Virus record (IMG/VR): IMGVR_UViG_3300030060_000739 | Coordinates: 1 to 59,060 of that record | Direction: 5' to 3' (one strand) | Length of the DNA stretch: 59,060 nt | DNA from: a virus | Taxonomy: Duplodnaviria > Caudoviricetes | Shown here: positions 17,571 through 26,964 of the stretch, piece by piece | Position numbering within the stretch: position 1 is the first letter of the stretch | How the letters are laid out: each line of letters begins with the position of its first letter | Program-made: the position numbers and the translations under genes | The notes under the pieces: model-generated | What the model was told of the DNA's origin: nothing | The model's database searches: none | Seen by the model: the letters and a program-made list of their open reading frames with translations, nothing else

Positions 17571-19066
17571 TGTGGAACTTGGTTCTTGGTCCACCTGGGA
17601 CAGGTAAGACTACATATCTGCTCAATAAAGTAGAACAGTTTTTTAATGCAGGCACACGCCCTGAGAAGCTGGGTTATGTTGCGTTTACTAAGAAAGCTGC
17701 TAATGAGGCACTGTCCCGTGCTGTAGAAAAGTTTGGTTATGAGACTGAGGAACTAGCTTATTTTAGAACTCTTCACTCCTTGTGTTATCATTGGTTATCT
17801 TTAAGTAGGACTGATGTAGTTGACAGGGCTAATCTCAGAGACTTTAGTAAAAGTATTGGTGAAAGGATTAGTTCGGCTTGGGATGGCGAGAACCTTATGT
17901 CTCTCAGTAGTAAAGGCGATACCATGTTGTTTTTAGAAAATATGGCTCGTAATCGGTGCGTAAGTTTTAGGGAGCAGTGGAACGCTAACGCCTCTCCGGA
18001 CATGTCTTGGTTACACTTTGATTGGTTTGTAAAAAACTATAGGAAATACAAAGACTTAAACTTTCTTATAGACTACACCGATATGCTTGAGATGTTTTTA
18101 GCTTCTTCTGGTTCGCCCTCTTTAGATGTTCTGATAGTTGATGAGGCACAGGATTTATCTGCCTTACAGTGGCTGTGTGTAGAGAAGCTGGCTAAAAACG
18201 TAGAGCATGTTTATATAGCTGGTGATGATGACCAAGCTATTTATCGCTGGGCTGGTGCAGACGTAGAGCACTTTATTGATCTCAAGGGTATAAACACATA
18301 TCTTCAACAATCGTATAGAGTGCCTAGGAAAGTTCACGACGTAGCTCTTAGCGTGGTCAAACGTATAGGTAGCCGTAAGGAAAAAGTCTGGGAGCCTAGA
18401 GAAGAGGAGGGTTCAGTAAACTACCACACCAGCTTTGAGCATGTGGATATAGATAGTGGTAACTGGTTATTTTTAGCTAGGAATAATTATCTATTGAACG
18501 CTGTAGAAGAACACCTTAAACTAAAAGGTAGAATATACCAGAGGGGTAATAGATCCTCAGTGTCAGAGAACTTGATAACAGCTATCAGGGACTGGGAAGC
18601 TCTGCGTAAAGGAGAGACATTAGAGGCTGGTAGAATCCGTAAGATATACGGTTATATGAAGGTGGGCAGAGGAGTACAGAGAGGTTTTAAAACTCTCAAA
18701 GCTGTGAGAGACGACTCGTTTTTGAGTATAGGACAGCTAAAAAGAGATTATGGTTTATTGATGGATACACCATGGCATGACTGTTTTGACTTGATAGGTA
18801 ATACTCAGAGGGAGTACGTTATCTCTTGTCTACGACAGGGAGAAAAACTCATGTCTTCTAAAATAAGGCTCAACTCTATACATGCTTCAAAGGGCGGTGA
18901 GTCTGATAACGTGGTATTATTAACAGACATGGCAACTAAAACCTGGGATGATCTGTATAAAAACCCTGATAATGAGTGTCGTGCTTTTTATGTAGGGGTT
19001 ACTAGGACAAAGCAAAATCTACACATCGTCCGTGGTAAAACACGTAAGGAGTTTTTATTCGTATGA
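17570..19066 (+). CDS. UvrD/Rep-like SF1 helicase
   Basis: GPPGTGKT, VDEAQD, GDDDQAIY, SIHASKGGE, YVGVTR. Confidence 0.95.
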   Translation: MWNLVLGPPGTGKTTYLLNKVEQFFNAGTRPEKLGYVAFTKKAANEALSRAVEKFGYETEELAYFRTLHSLCYHWLSLSRTDVVDRANLRDFSKSIGERISSAWDGENLMSLSSKGDTMLFLENMARNRCVSFREQWNANASPDMSWLHFDWFVKNYRKYKDLNFLIDYTDMLEMFLASSGSPSLDVLIVDEAQDLSALQWLCVEKLAKNVEHVYIAGDDDQAIYRWAGADVEHFIDLKGINTYLQQSYRVPRKVHDVALSVVKRIGSRKEKVWEPREEEGSVNYHTSFEHVDIDSGNWLFLARNNYLLNAVEEHLKLKGRIYQRGNRSSVSENLITAIRDWEALRKGETLEAGRIRKIYGYMKVGRGVQRGFKTLKAVRDDSFLSIGQLKRDYGLLMDTPWHDCFDLIGNTQREYVISCLRQGEKLMSSKIRLNSIHASKGGESDNVVLLTDMATKTWDDLYKNPDNECRAFYVGVTRTKQNLHIVRGKTRKEFLFV

Positions 19067-19647
19067 TGGTGTATAAAAAACATTTTTTCAAAGATTACGA
19101 CCCACAGATACGTGATTGGGATCCACCGACTATTAGAAGGTTTGATGGTAAAGATGTTGTAGGCAGATACACAAAAGGTTTTGGCTCTTCTGTTTTTATG
19201 TATGCTGGTAAAAAATATCAACCGCAAGACTGGACCACGCCTATGTCTGTAATTAAATCAGCAGCAGAAGCTCTAGTTTATGGCTGTACAGATAAGAAGG
19301 TAAACTTTACGTTTTGTCTCTGTGGTCTTTACCAGAATGGTTCTGTGTCCATACCTCATCACTCAGATACTGTGCCGACATTAGATGATATTGTTGTTTC
19401 TATTTCTTTCGGCTCTACTAGATTATTTGAGTGGTATGAGTACGATCAAGATATAAAAAGTAGATCAGATACAAGTAAGACATGCGTTCAAGAACTAGAG
19501 CCAGTGCAGATACGAAGATTTTTATTAGAAGATGGTGACGCATTTATCTTTGACGGTCATTCACAGATGCGTTCAACACACGCTGTCCCTCCTCTAGAAC
19601 AGTCGTCTGGTGAGCGAGTAAATCTTACTTTTAGAACGGGACTATAG
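19063..19647 (+). CDS. AlkB-family 2OG-Fe(II) dioxygenase
   Basis: Y..G..SI..HSD, SISFG, THAVP, RVNLTFR (HxD..H..R..R). Confidence 0.9.
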   Translation: MMVYKKHFFKDYDPQIRDWDPPTIRRFDGKDVVGRYTKGFGSSVFMYAGKKYQPQDWTTPMSVIKSAAEALVYGCTDKKVNFTFCLCGLYQNGSVSIPHHSDTVPTLDDIVVSISFGSTRLFEWYEYDQDIKSRSDTSKTCVQELEPVQIRRFLLEDGDAFIFDGHSQMRSTHAVPPLEQSSGERVNLTFRTGL

Positions 19648-19662
19648 GATCATTCGTATACT

Positions 19663-19684
19663 TTTACTTTACAAGTAAAGTAAA
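19663..19684. promoter_or_regulatory. Operator-like inverted repeat before the modification operon
   Basis: tttactttac-aa-gtaaagtaaa, perfect 10-bp arms. Confidence 0.5.
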
Positions 19685-19694
19685 CTAAATACAT

Positions 19695-20171
19695 ATGAAT
19701 ATATTTAAACTGTCAGATACGCCTCAAAACTGTGCTAAAATGCACTGCGATAAGCACGTTAGTAAGATGATACTAGAGTCTGCGCAGATGCTTTGTACTA
19801 CGTTGTGGTATAACGATCAGTCCGCTCCATATCTACCAGTACACCCCAAACACCCATGCACTCTATGGTCTGGGGAAAGCCTTGATAACTGGATATGGTT
19901 AAAAGAGTTAGCTCTGTACCTTAATGAAGAGTTTTGCTGGCGTTACGGTAGGTCTGTAAACCATAAGTCAGCTGACGTTATAAAAGGGCTACGCCCCCCA
20001 ATCATAGAAAGTAAAGGGCTACAACAACATCCTCAATGTATGCCTGATCAGTATAAGGTTCCTAACGACCCTATATCTGCCTATCGCGCTTATTACATAG
20101 GGGAAAAAACATTCGCTAAATGGACTAAACGGGAGGTGCCTGAGTGGTACGGTCAGAGCTTGGTGGCATAA
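19695..20171 (+). CDS. Pyrimidine-dimer DNA glycosylase / endonuclease V-like
   Basis: MNIF...A..HCDKHV.KM.LE.AQML, HPCT.W, PQCMPD.Y, AYRAYY. Confidence 0.8.
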   Translation: MNIFKLSDTPQNCAKMHCDKHVSKMILESAQMLCTTLWYNDQSAPYLPVHPKHPCTLWSGESLDNWIWLKELALYLNEEFCWRYGRSVNHKSADVIKGLRPPIIESKGLQQHPQCMPDQYKVPNDPISAYRAYYIGEKTFAKWTKREVPEWYGQSLVA

Positions 20172-21046
20172 GAGCCTTTTTTGATTACATAAACGAGCGG
20201 TACAGGATATATCTTAGAAAAACGCAAGGAGATCCGTGGCCTTGGACTGATGATGAGATACTGCAGACATACAGTTTCTGCAACGTATACCGCGAGGACG
20301 ATACGGTAACGGAATGGATTAGAAAAAACTGGAGAGAGCCGTACCATAATCACCCTAACTTAGCTTTTGCTATGGCGGTGGCTCGTCAAATAAACTGGCC
20401 ACCTACGTTAGAAGCCATAGGTTTCCCTGAGGAGTGGGATCCTGAGCGAGTCAAAGCTATTATGCAAGATAGAAAAGATAAAAATCAAAAAGTATACACA
20501 GGTGCTTACATGCTGACTGGCACGCTAGGCGGTACTAAGATTGAGCAGACGGTTGATAAAATACTCACACCCCTCTACAATAACCATCCTGAGATAGTAC
20601 AGGAGTCACTCAGAGAGACGTGGCAAAACTACTTGCCTTATTCTGGTTTTAGTGGTTTTATGGCTTATGAAGTAGTAACTGACTTAAGACATACATCATA
20701 CCTCCAGCAAGCTAAAGATATACATAGCTGGGCTAACGCTGGTCCCGGTGCTAAACGTGGACTAAATAGAATACATAACAGACCACTGGAGGAGAACGTA
20801 AAGTCTTCTCAACTAACAGCCGAGATGAAAGAGCTACAGGATATGTCATACCGTATTGTTAGAACCAGCATGGACTCAGGCAGTCAGGATTACTTAGAGT
20901 ACATATCTTACTTGATTGAAGACGCTGGCGGTTTAGAGATGAGAGACATAGAGCATAACCTCTGTGAGTTTGATAAGTATGAAAGAGTCCGTCTCGGTGA
21001 AGGCAGGCCGAGGTCTAAATATAACCCTAACAAAGGAGTAGTTTGA
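20144..21046 (+). CDS. aGPT-Pplase1-clade thymidine hypermodification protein (HhH glycosylase fold)
   Basis: ER..IY.RK..G...PWT.D.IL..Y.FCNV.RE.D, F.AYE.V.DL, GPGA..GL, EH.LCEFDKY. Confidence 0.85.
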   Translation: MVRSELGGIRAFFDYINERYRIYLRKTQGDPWPWTDDEILQTYSFCNVYREDDTVTEWIRKNWREPYHNHPNLAFAMAVARQINWPPTLEAIGFPEEWDPERVKAIMQDRKDKNQKVYTGAYMLTGTLGGTKIEQTVDKILTPLYNNHPEIVQESLRETWQNYLPYSGFSGFMAYEVVTDLRHTSYLQQAKDIHSWANAGPGAKRGLNRIHNRPLEENVKSSQLTAEMKELQDMSYRIVRTSMDSGSQDYLEYISYLIEDAGGLEMRDIEHNLCEFDKYERVRLGEGRPRSKYNPNKGVV

Positions 21047-21357
21047 TGCCCTCAGATTTTTTACACATACAGTCCCTAGCTGATAAAGATGTAGACACCC
21101 TCAAAAAAGCTCAAGAGAGTTACGGCGACAGCTGGAGAGATAGAGGTGGTATCGGTGCCTTTATGATGCTAGCTCGTAAATGGGATAGGATAGAGAATCA
21201 GGTAACTAAAAGTGGGTACGATATTTTTAGAACCATATCTAACGACCCTAGTGATACTGGGATATTAGACGACATACGAGACCTGCGAGCATATTTATTG
21301 TTAGTAGAGTCTTTCACTACGCTCGATAGAAAAGGAGAGTTTATAAGTAATGATTAA
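21043..21357 (+). CDS. Nmad1/MazG-like all-alpha nucleotide pyrophosphatase candidate
   Basis: K...YGDSW..RG, RKWDR.EN, D.I.DL..Y; lies in the base-modification operon. Confidence 0.65.
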   Translation: MMPSDFLHIQSLADKDVDTLKKAQESYGDSWRDRGGIGAFMMLARKWDRIENQVTKSGYDIFRTISNDPSDTGILDDIRDLRAYLLLVESFTTLDRKGEFISND

Positions 21358-21826
21358 ATCTTTTGCTAAAGTAGAGGTGAAGCTGCTTGATAGCACTTTA
21401 CCTGATCGCATGGACCCAGAGCAGGAAATACTGCCGAACTACGCCACCCTAGGAGCAGCTGGTCTAGACTTACGTTCTAGTGAAGGCTTGATACTAAAAC
21501 CTGGACAGTCTCATAAGTTTCATACAGGTATCGCTATTTATATAGGGGATATGAATATCTGTGGCCTGTTAGTGCCTCGTTCAAGTCTAGGTATTAAGAA
21601 AATACACTTAACTAATACGCTGGGGATCATTGACTCAGACTATCAAGGTGAGTTACTTATCCCTCTCACTAATAACGGCGATGAGCCTTATCATGTAGAG
21701 TTTGGTCAACGCATAGCCCAGATGGTTATGTTACCTGTAATACAGGTACAGTGGGAAGCTGTGTTAGATTTTAGCGCACCGACTCAGCGGTGTGAGGGTG
21801 GTTTTGGTAGTACAGGAAAAACATAA
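21350..21826 (+). CDS. dut: Trimeric dUTPase
   Basis: AAGLDL, PRSS, GIIDSDYQGE, RIAQ, R.EGGFGSTG. Confidence 0.95.
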   Translation: MIKSFAKVEVKLLDSTLPDRMDPEQEILPNYATLGAAGLDLRSSEGLILKPGQSHKFHTGIAIYIGDMNICGLLVPRSSLGIKKIHLTNTLGIIDSDYQGELLIPLTNNGDEPYHVEFGQRIAQMVMLPVIQVQWEAVLDFSAPTQRCEGGFGSTGKT

Positions 21827-22617
21827 TGAAGATATACATACCCACAAGAGGTAGGCCAGATAATCAAGTAACCATAGACTTTTTCTCAGAGGACTTCATC
21901 AACCACGGCACAGTCATACTAGCTATAGATGAAGATGAGGAGCATCTGTACGGTAAGTACGAGCATGTTAAAAAGCTTGTAGTTCCTTCTTCAGTCAAGG
22001 GTATTAGTGCTAAACGTAAGTACATAGTTGATAATACTCAAGACCCTAGGATAGTCATGCTTGATGATGACTTACGGTTCTATGTCCGTAAAAGCCCTAC
22101 AGATTGGCATCTACGGTATCTCAGGCCAGATGAGTATCTAGCTCTGTTTGGTTTGATTGATGAGTTTTTTAGTCAAGGTTTTGCTCACGTGGGCATTAGT
22201 GCTAGAGAGGGTAATAACCGTGTAGAAGGTTTGACTGCCCTTAACACTCGGTATATGAGAGTCCTCGGGTACAACCTTGATAAGTTCCCTGACGATATAG
22301 AGTGGGGCAGAACAGAAGTCATGGAGGACTTTGACATAGCTCTTCAATTACTGCGGAAAGGTAAGCCTTGTAAAATCAGTTACTTTTACGCTCAAGGTCA
22401 AAAATCATCTAACGCTCCCGGAGGCTGTAGTGAGTGGAGGACTATTGATGTACATAACGCTGGGGCAGACAGGTTACATGAGCTGCACCCTGAGTTTGTA
22501 AAAGTTATGGAGAAGCAAACTAAAACGGCGTGGAACGGTTTACCTAGACGGGACGTTCAGGTTAGCTGGAAAAAAGCATACAAAGCAGGAGTAGAAGCCT
22601 TTCATGAGAATAATTAA
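21826..22617 (+). CDS. GT-A glycosyltransferase, TET/JBP-associated (TAGT/JGT/GREB1-like) type
   Basis: IYIPTRGR, GI..KR..I, MLDDD, MEDFD..LQLL..G, N.PGGC. Confidence 0.75.
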   Translation: MKIYIPTRGRPDNQVTIDFFSEDFINHGTVILAIDEDEEHLYGKYEHVKKLVVPSSVKGISAKRKYIVDNTQDPRIVMLDDDLRFYVRKSPTDWHLRYLRPDEYLALFGLIDEFFSQGFAHVGISAREGNNRVEGLTALNTRYMRVLGYNLDKFPDDIEWGRTEVMEDFDIALQLLRKGKPCKISYFYAQGQKSSNAPGGCSEWRTIDVHNAGADRLHELHPEFVKVMEKQTKTAWNGLPRRDVQVSWKKAYKAGVEAFHENN

Positions 22618-23626
22618 AACAAGAAACGTACAAGACGCGCTGCCTAAAGGTCTAGACTTATTATACGGTGAGCACTATAAACAAGACAGCCGTAACGGCA
22701 CAGTGTATAAAGCTAAGTCCCCTGTTTGTACCGTTTACGATAACCCAGAAGAGAGAGTTATGTTCTGGACTGAGCGGGACGCTAACCCTTTCTTTCATTT
22801 TATGGAGGGGTTGTGGATGTTAGCTGGTCGTAACGACCTAGAGTTTGTTAAGCAGTATAACAAAGGCATGGCTCGATACAGTGATGACGGAAAGACGCTA
22901 CACGGAGCTTACGGCTGGCGATGGCGTGACTGGTTCTTTGAAAGGAAAGACCCAGACCAGCTCAAAGTAATTATAAAAAGATTAGCAGAAGATCCTACTG
23001 ATAGGCGTTGCGTTTTACAGATGTGGGACGCAGTAGAAGATTTAGATAGGGTGGGAGTAGATGTGCCGTGTAACACTGCCATCTATTTTAACGTCAGTGC
23101 TGGTAAACTTAACATGACTGTAACTAACCGCTCTAATGACATAATCTGGGGAGCGTATGGTGCTAACGCTGTACATATGTCTATGCTTCATGAATATATT
23201 GCCGCGCATGCGGGTTATCGTGTCGGTAAGTATTATCAGTTCAGTAACGATTACCATGCGTATGAGGAGATTTATAGCAAATTAATCAAAGGTTTAGATG
23301 GTTTTGAGCCCACAAATGTTTTGGCAATATTAGACCTCATGGAGGTAAATCCGTATAAACTAGGAGAAGTAAGCCCATACCCCATGGTCAGTGTTTCTAG
23401 GGAGGTGTGGGACAAAGACTTACACAGGTTTTTAGAAAGGAAGCCGTTTGACACGTTTAGCCCATTTGAAGAGAAGTTTTTTAATGATGTGGCTGTACCT
23501 ATGCAGGACACATGGTCTCTTCATAAACTGGGTAAAACAGAAGAGGCTCTGGATAAAATACAAAATTGCCAAGCATCTGACTGGAAAAAAGCCTGTAAGG
23601 AGTGGTTGGAAAGAAGAGTTAAATAA
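22604..23626 (+). CDS. Thymidylate synthase-fold enzyme, probable dUMP hydroxymethylase
   Basis: SRNG, RDANPFF, DVPCN, RSND..WG..GAN, H.YE; Asn at the dUMP-specificity position. Confidence 0.8.
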   Translation: MRIIKTRNVQDALPKGLDLLYGEHYKQDSRNGTVYKAKSPVCTVYDNPEERVMFWTERDANPFFHFMEGLWMLAGRNDLEFVKQYNKGMARYSDDGKTLHGAYGWRWRDWFFERKDPDQLKVIIKRLAEDPTDRRCVLQMWDAVEDLDRVGVDVPCNTAIYFNVSAGKLNMTVTNRSNDIIWGAYGANAVHMSMLHEYIAAHAGYRVGKYYQFSNDYHAYEEIYSKLIKGLDGFEPTNVLAILDLMEVNPYKLGEVSPYPMVSVSREVWDKDLHRFLERKPFDTFSPFEEKFFNDVAVPMQDTWSLHKLGKTEEALDKIQNCQASDWKKACKEWLERRVK

Positions 23627-23638
23627 GGATGATTACCC

Positions 23639-24319
23639 ATGATACCTCAATGGTCTTACAGTAGGTTGACATGTTTTGAAAAGTGTCCTAAACAAGCAGA
23701 GTTTAAGTTTGTTAAAAGAATCAAAGAGCCTGGAAGTAAGGCTATGGATCGTGGTAAAGAAATACATAAACTGTGTGAAGACTATATCAGAGGTAATTAT
23801 GAAGAAGTGCCTCCTCAACTCAAAGACTTTGAAGATGCCTTTGAGATGCTAAGAGAACTCTATATGTATGGCCATGTTTTGTGTGAGAGTGACTGGGCTA
23901 TAGATCAAAACTGGGAGAAGACAGGCTGGTTTGAAGACGATACATGGGGCAGGGCTAAAGTAGATGCCTTTGTATATGAAGAAGGCATATCTAAAGAGGC
24001 TAGGGTCATAGATTTTAAAACAGGAAGGTATGACGGTAATCAAGAATCACATAGAGAGCAGTGTGAGCTGTATGGTGCTGTTTCTTTGAGTAGGTATCCG
24101 GAGCTAGAAAAGATTACTACAGAGATGTGGTACTTAGACCATGGTAAGATAGACAGGTATATCTACACGCCGGAAAGCATAAAAGTAAAACGCGAGCGTC
24201 TCAATAACAGAGCACTAGCTATGACTACGGCTACTGAGTTCCCAGCGACACCTTCTATGTTTAAGTGTAAGTGGTGTTACTTTGGTAAACAGAATATGTG
24301 TAGAGAGGTTATGCGATAG
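23639..24319 (+). CDS. PD-(D/E)XK Cas4/RecB-like exonuclease
   Basis: WSYS...F..CP, KVD, IDFKTG, Q..LY, C..C...C terminal cluster. Confidence 0.85.
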   Translation: MIPQWSYSRLTCFEKCPKQAEFKFVKRIKEPGSKAMDRGKEIHKLCEDYIRGNYEEVPPQLKDFEDAFEMLRELYMYGHVLCESDWAIDQNWEKTGWFEDDTWGRAKVDAFVYEEGISKEARVIDFKTGRYDGNQESHREQCELYGAVSLSRYPELEKITTEMWYLDHGKIDRYIYTPESIKVKRERLNNRALAMTTATEFPATPSMFKCKWCYFGKQNMCREVMR

Positions 24320-26206
24320 ATGTCACAGATGATTCTTTTTCCACCTAGCGCGGAGTGGTCAATACCTAATTCTTTTCCTGACTTGAGAAACCAGAAAGAG
24401 GTTGCCATTGACCTAGAGACCTGTGATCCGTGGCTCCTGTCTCATGGTCCAGGCTGGGCGTTTAAAGATAGAGGATATATTATTGGTATCGCGGTGGCGA
24501 CTGATGGATGGTCTGGTTACTTCCCTATCGCACATAAGTCTGGGGCTAACTTAGATCAAGCGGTAGTAAGACGATGGCTACAGAAACAGCTTGATGCACC
24601 TAACGATAAAATATTCCATAACGCACAGTATGATGTAGGTTGGTTGAAAGCATCTGGCTATACAATCAATGGCAAGATACATGATACCATGGTGGCTGCT
24701 CCTCTCTTAGATGAGAATAAAAGAAGTTACTCTCTTAATAATCTAGGTAAGTATTACTTAGGCGTCATCAAAGATGAGACTATGTTGACTGAAGCAGCCC
24801 ACGCCTTTGGGGTTGATCCTAAGTCTGAGATGTATAAACTTGCCCCTGAGTATGTAGGTAAGTACGCTGAGCAAGATGCTGCTATGACATACGAGTTGTG
24901 GCAGTTACTAAAAGATGGCATCCAGACAGATGATGTCTCAGAGATATATGAGCTAGAGAGTTCTCTCATACCCAACCTAATAGACATGCGTAGGAAGGGT
25001 GTACGCATAGATACAGATAAAGCTCAAGAAGTTAAAAAGTATCTAGCTAAAAAAGAATCAAAGATAGTTCAAGAAGTTAAACGCTGGTATGGGGTCGAGC
25101 CTGACTTATGGGCAGCTCAGTCTCTTTCTCAAGTGTTTGACAGGGCTGGTATAGATTACCCTAAAACACCTAAGACTAACGCACCCAGCTTTACAGCAAA
25201 CTGGCTAGAAGAGCACGACCACAAGTTACCTAAAGCTATAGCACAAGCAAGAAAGCTCAATAAAGCTAGGACTACATTCATAGATAAAATGATACTAGAA
25301 CATTTAGTAGATGGCAGGATACATGGGGAGTTACACCCACTGCGTTCTGATGTAGGAGGCACAGTCACTGGTAGATTTAGCTGCTCTAACCCTAACTTAC
25401 AACAGGTTCCGGCTAGAGATCCAGAGATAGGTAACTTGATTAGAAGTTTATTTTTACCTGAGGAAGGTTGTCACTGGGGTTGTTTTGACTACTCTCAACA
25501 AGAGCCCAGACTTACTGTGCATTATTCTGTCATTACTCAGCAAGAGGGTGCAGAGGAAGCTGCGTTTGAGTACACTAATGATGATGCTGACTTCCACCAG
25601 ATTGTAGCCGACATGGCTAATATCAGCCGTAAAGAAGCTAAGATTATTAACCTTGGCTTGAGCTACGGTATGGGTAAAGATAAGTTGACTACTCAACTAG
25701 ACATTAGCCCAGAAGAAGCTGAAGTCTTGTTTGATCAGTATCATCAGCGTGTGCCGTTCATCCGTGGCCTACGAGACTCTACCGCAAGGATGGGTTCTAA
25801 CAGAGGCTATATCAAAACTATACTCGGCCGTAAGTGTAGGTTTAATTTATACGAGCCCTTTGACCGTAGGGAGTTACCTCTACCGCTGGACGAGGCGATG
25901 GAGGCGTATGGAGGAAAGCTCAAAAGGGCTTATACCTATAAAGCTATGAATCGTTTGATACAAGGCTCAGCAGCAGATATGACTAAGAAAGCTATGCTCG
26001 ATCTACATAAAGAAGGGCTCATAGCCCATACACAGGTTCACGATGAGCTAAACATATCTATAGCAGATCAAGCTGAGTGCGAGAAAGTAATAGAGATTAT
26101 GCGTGACTGTGTTGAGCTAAAAGTTCCTAACAAGGTAGACGCAGAGATAGGCACAAGCTGGGGGGATGTAAAAGATTACAAGGTGCACTTTAATGAAAGC
26201 TCGTGA
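24320..26206 (+). CDS. polA: Family A DNA polymerase with 3'-5' exonuclease
   Basis: IDLET, HNAQYD, TGRFS...PNLQQ, DYSQQE, K..NLG..YG, IQGSAAD, VHDE. Confidence 0.95.
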   Translation: MSQMILFPPSAEWSIPNSFPDLRNQKEVAIDLETCDPWLLSHGPGWAFKDRGYIIGIAVATDGWSGYFPIAHKSGANLDQAVVRRWLQKQLDAPNDKIFHNAQYDVGWLKASGYTINGKIHDTMVAAPLLDENKRSYSLNNLGKYYLGVIKDETMLTEAAHAFGVDPKSEMYKLAPEYVGKYAEQDAAMTYELWQLLKDGIQTDDVSEIYELESSLIPNLIDMRRKGVRIDTDKAQEVKKYLAKKESKIVQEVKRWYGVEPDLWAAQSLSQVFDRAGIDYPKTPKTNAPSFTANWLEEHDHKLPKAIAQARKLNKARTTFIDKMILEHLVDGRIHGELHPLRSDVGGTVTGRFSCSNPNLQQVPARDPEIGNLIRSLFLPEEGCHWGCFDYSQQEPRLTVHYSVITQQEGAEEAAFEYTNDDADFHQIVADMANISRKEAKIINLGLSYGMGKDKLTTQLDISPEEAEVLFDQYHQRVPFIRGLRDSTARMGSNRGYIKTILGRKCRFNLYEPFDRRELPLPLDEAMEAYGGKLKRAYTYKAMNRLIQGSAADMTKKAMLDLHKEGLIAHTQVHDELNISIADQAECEKVIEIMRDCVELKVPNKVDAEIGTSWGDVKDYKVHFNESS

Positions 26207-26507
26207 CGGTAGAAGAAGTGAGTTACGCAGTGTCTACTTTCAGATCTATATGACATACAATAATTCACACGTAACGCTAGAAGAACTAGGAGACAAGTAC
26301 CACGTGTCAAAACAGAGAGTATGGCAGATCGTACGCCTCTGTAAAATAGGAGATGGTAATTACTTCAGGGGTCTAGAAAAATTAAATGAAGTAAAAAAGA
26401 GTTACAAAAAAGAGTTCCCTGAGGCAAGCTCTAAAACTATTAACGAGCTGACACGAGACTGGATGAAACTTAAAAACATAAGATTGATAAAAAACGGTCA
26501 TGGGTAA
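26193..26507 (+). CDS. HTH protein (sigma70 region-4-like)
   Basis: TLEELGDKYHVSKQRVWQI. Confidence 0.7.
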   Translation: MKARDGRRSELRSVYFQIYMTYNNSHVTLEELGDKYHVSKQRVWQIVRLCKIGDGNYFRGLEKLNEVKKSYKKEFPEASSKTINELTRDWMKLKNIRLIKNGHG

Positions 26508-26892
26508 AATAAATTCTAGGCACAAGGGCGCGAGCTTTGAAAGAGAAGTCGCCATGCACCTCAATGTCTTCTTTGAAAGTATCGGCGTGCCACTAAAGAT
26601 AAAGAGAAACTTAGAACAGTATCAAGAAAAAGATCTAGGCGACCTCAACGTTCCCAACCATACAATAGAATGTAAACGCTATGCCAACGGTAACTGGTAC
26701 AAAGAAGAGTGGTGGCAGCAGGTGGTAAACTCTTGCGGCAACACCATTCCTGTTCTGATATGGAAGTATAATCGACAACCGATCAGAGTCTGTCTGCCCA
26801 TGTACGTGCTCACCAAAGGTAAGAAGGATCTAACTAAAACTGTAGTGCTGACTTTTGAAGACTGGCTAGATATTCTTGCTAAAAATCTTTAG
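26500..26892 (+). CDS. Holliday junction resolvase-like PD-(D/E)XK nuclease
   Basis: SR.KGA.FERE, GDL, IECK, WW.Q. Confidence 0.75.
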   Translation: MGKINSRHKGASFEREVAMHLNVFFESIGVPLKIKRNLEQYQEKDLGDLNVPNHTIECKRYANGNWYKEEWWQQVVNSCGNTIPVLIWKYNRQPIRVCLPMYVLTKGKKDLTKTVVLTFEDWLDILAKNL

Positions 26893-26964
26893 CAACATGC
26901 TATATTCTCTGGGTAACCAGTTTAAAGTAATAGGTACGTTTAATCAATATAGGAGAAAAAACGT

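Noticed and set aside
19063-19647. TET/JBP thymine dioxygenase
   Set aside because: Motifs (SISFG, RVNLTFR) fit AlkB; hmU can be explained by the TS-fold enzyme
23639-24319. Cas4-like nuclease as a CRISPR component
   Set aside because: Stand-alone phage exonuclease next to Pol A; no cas context
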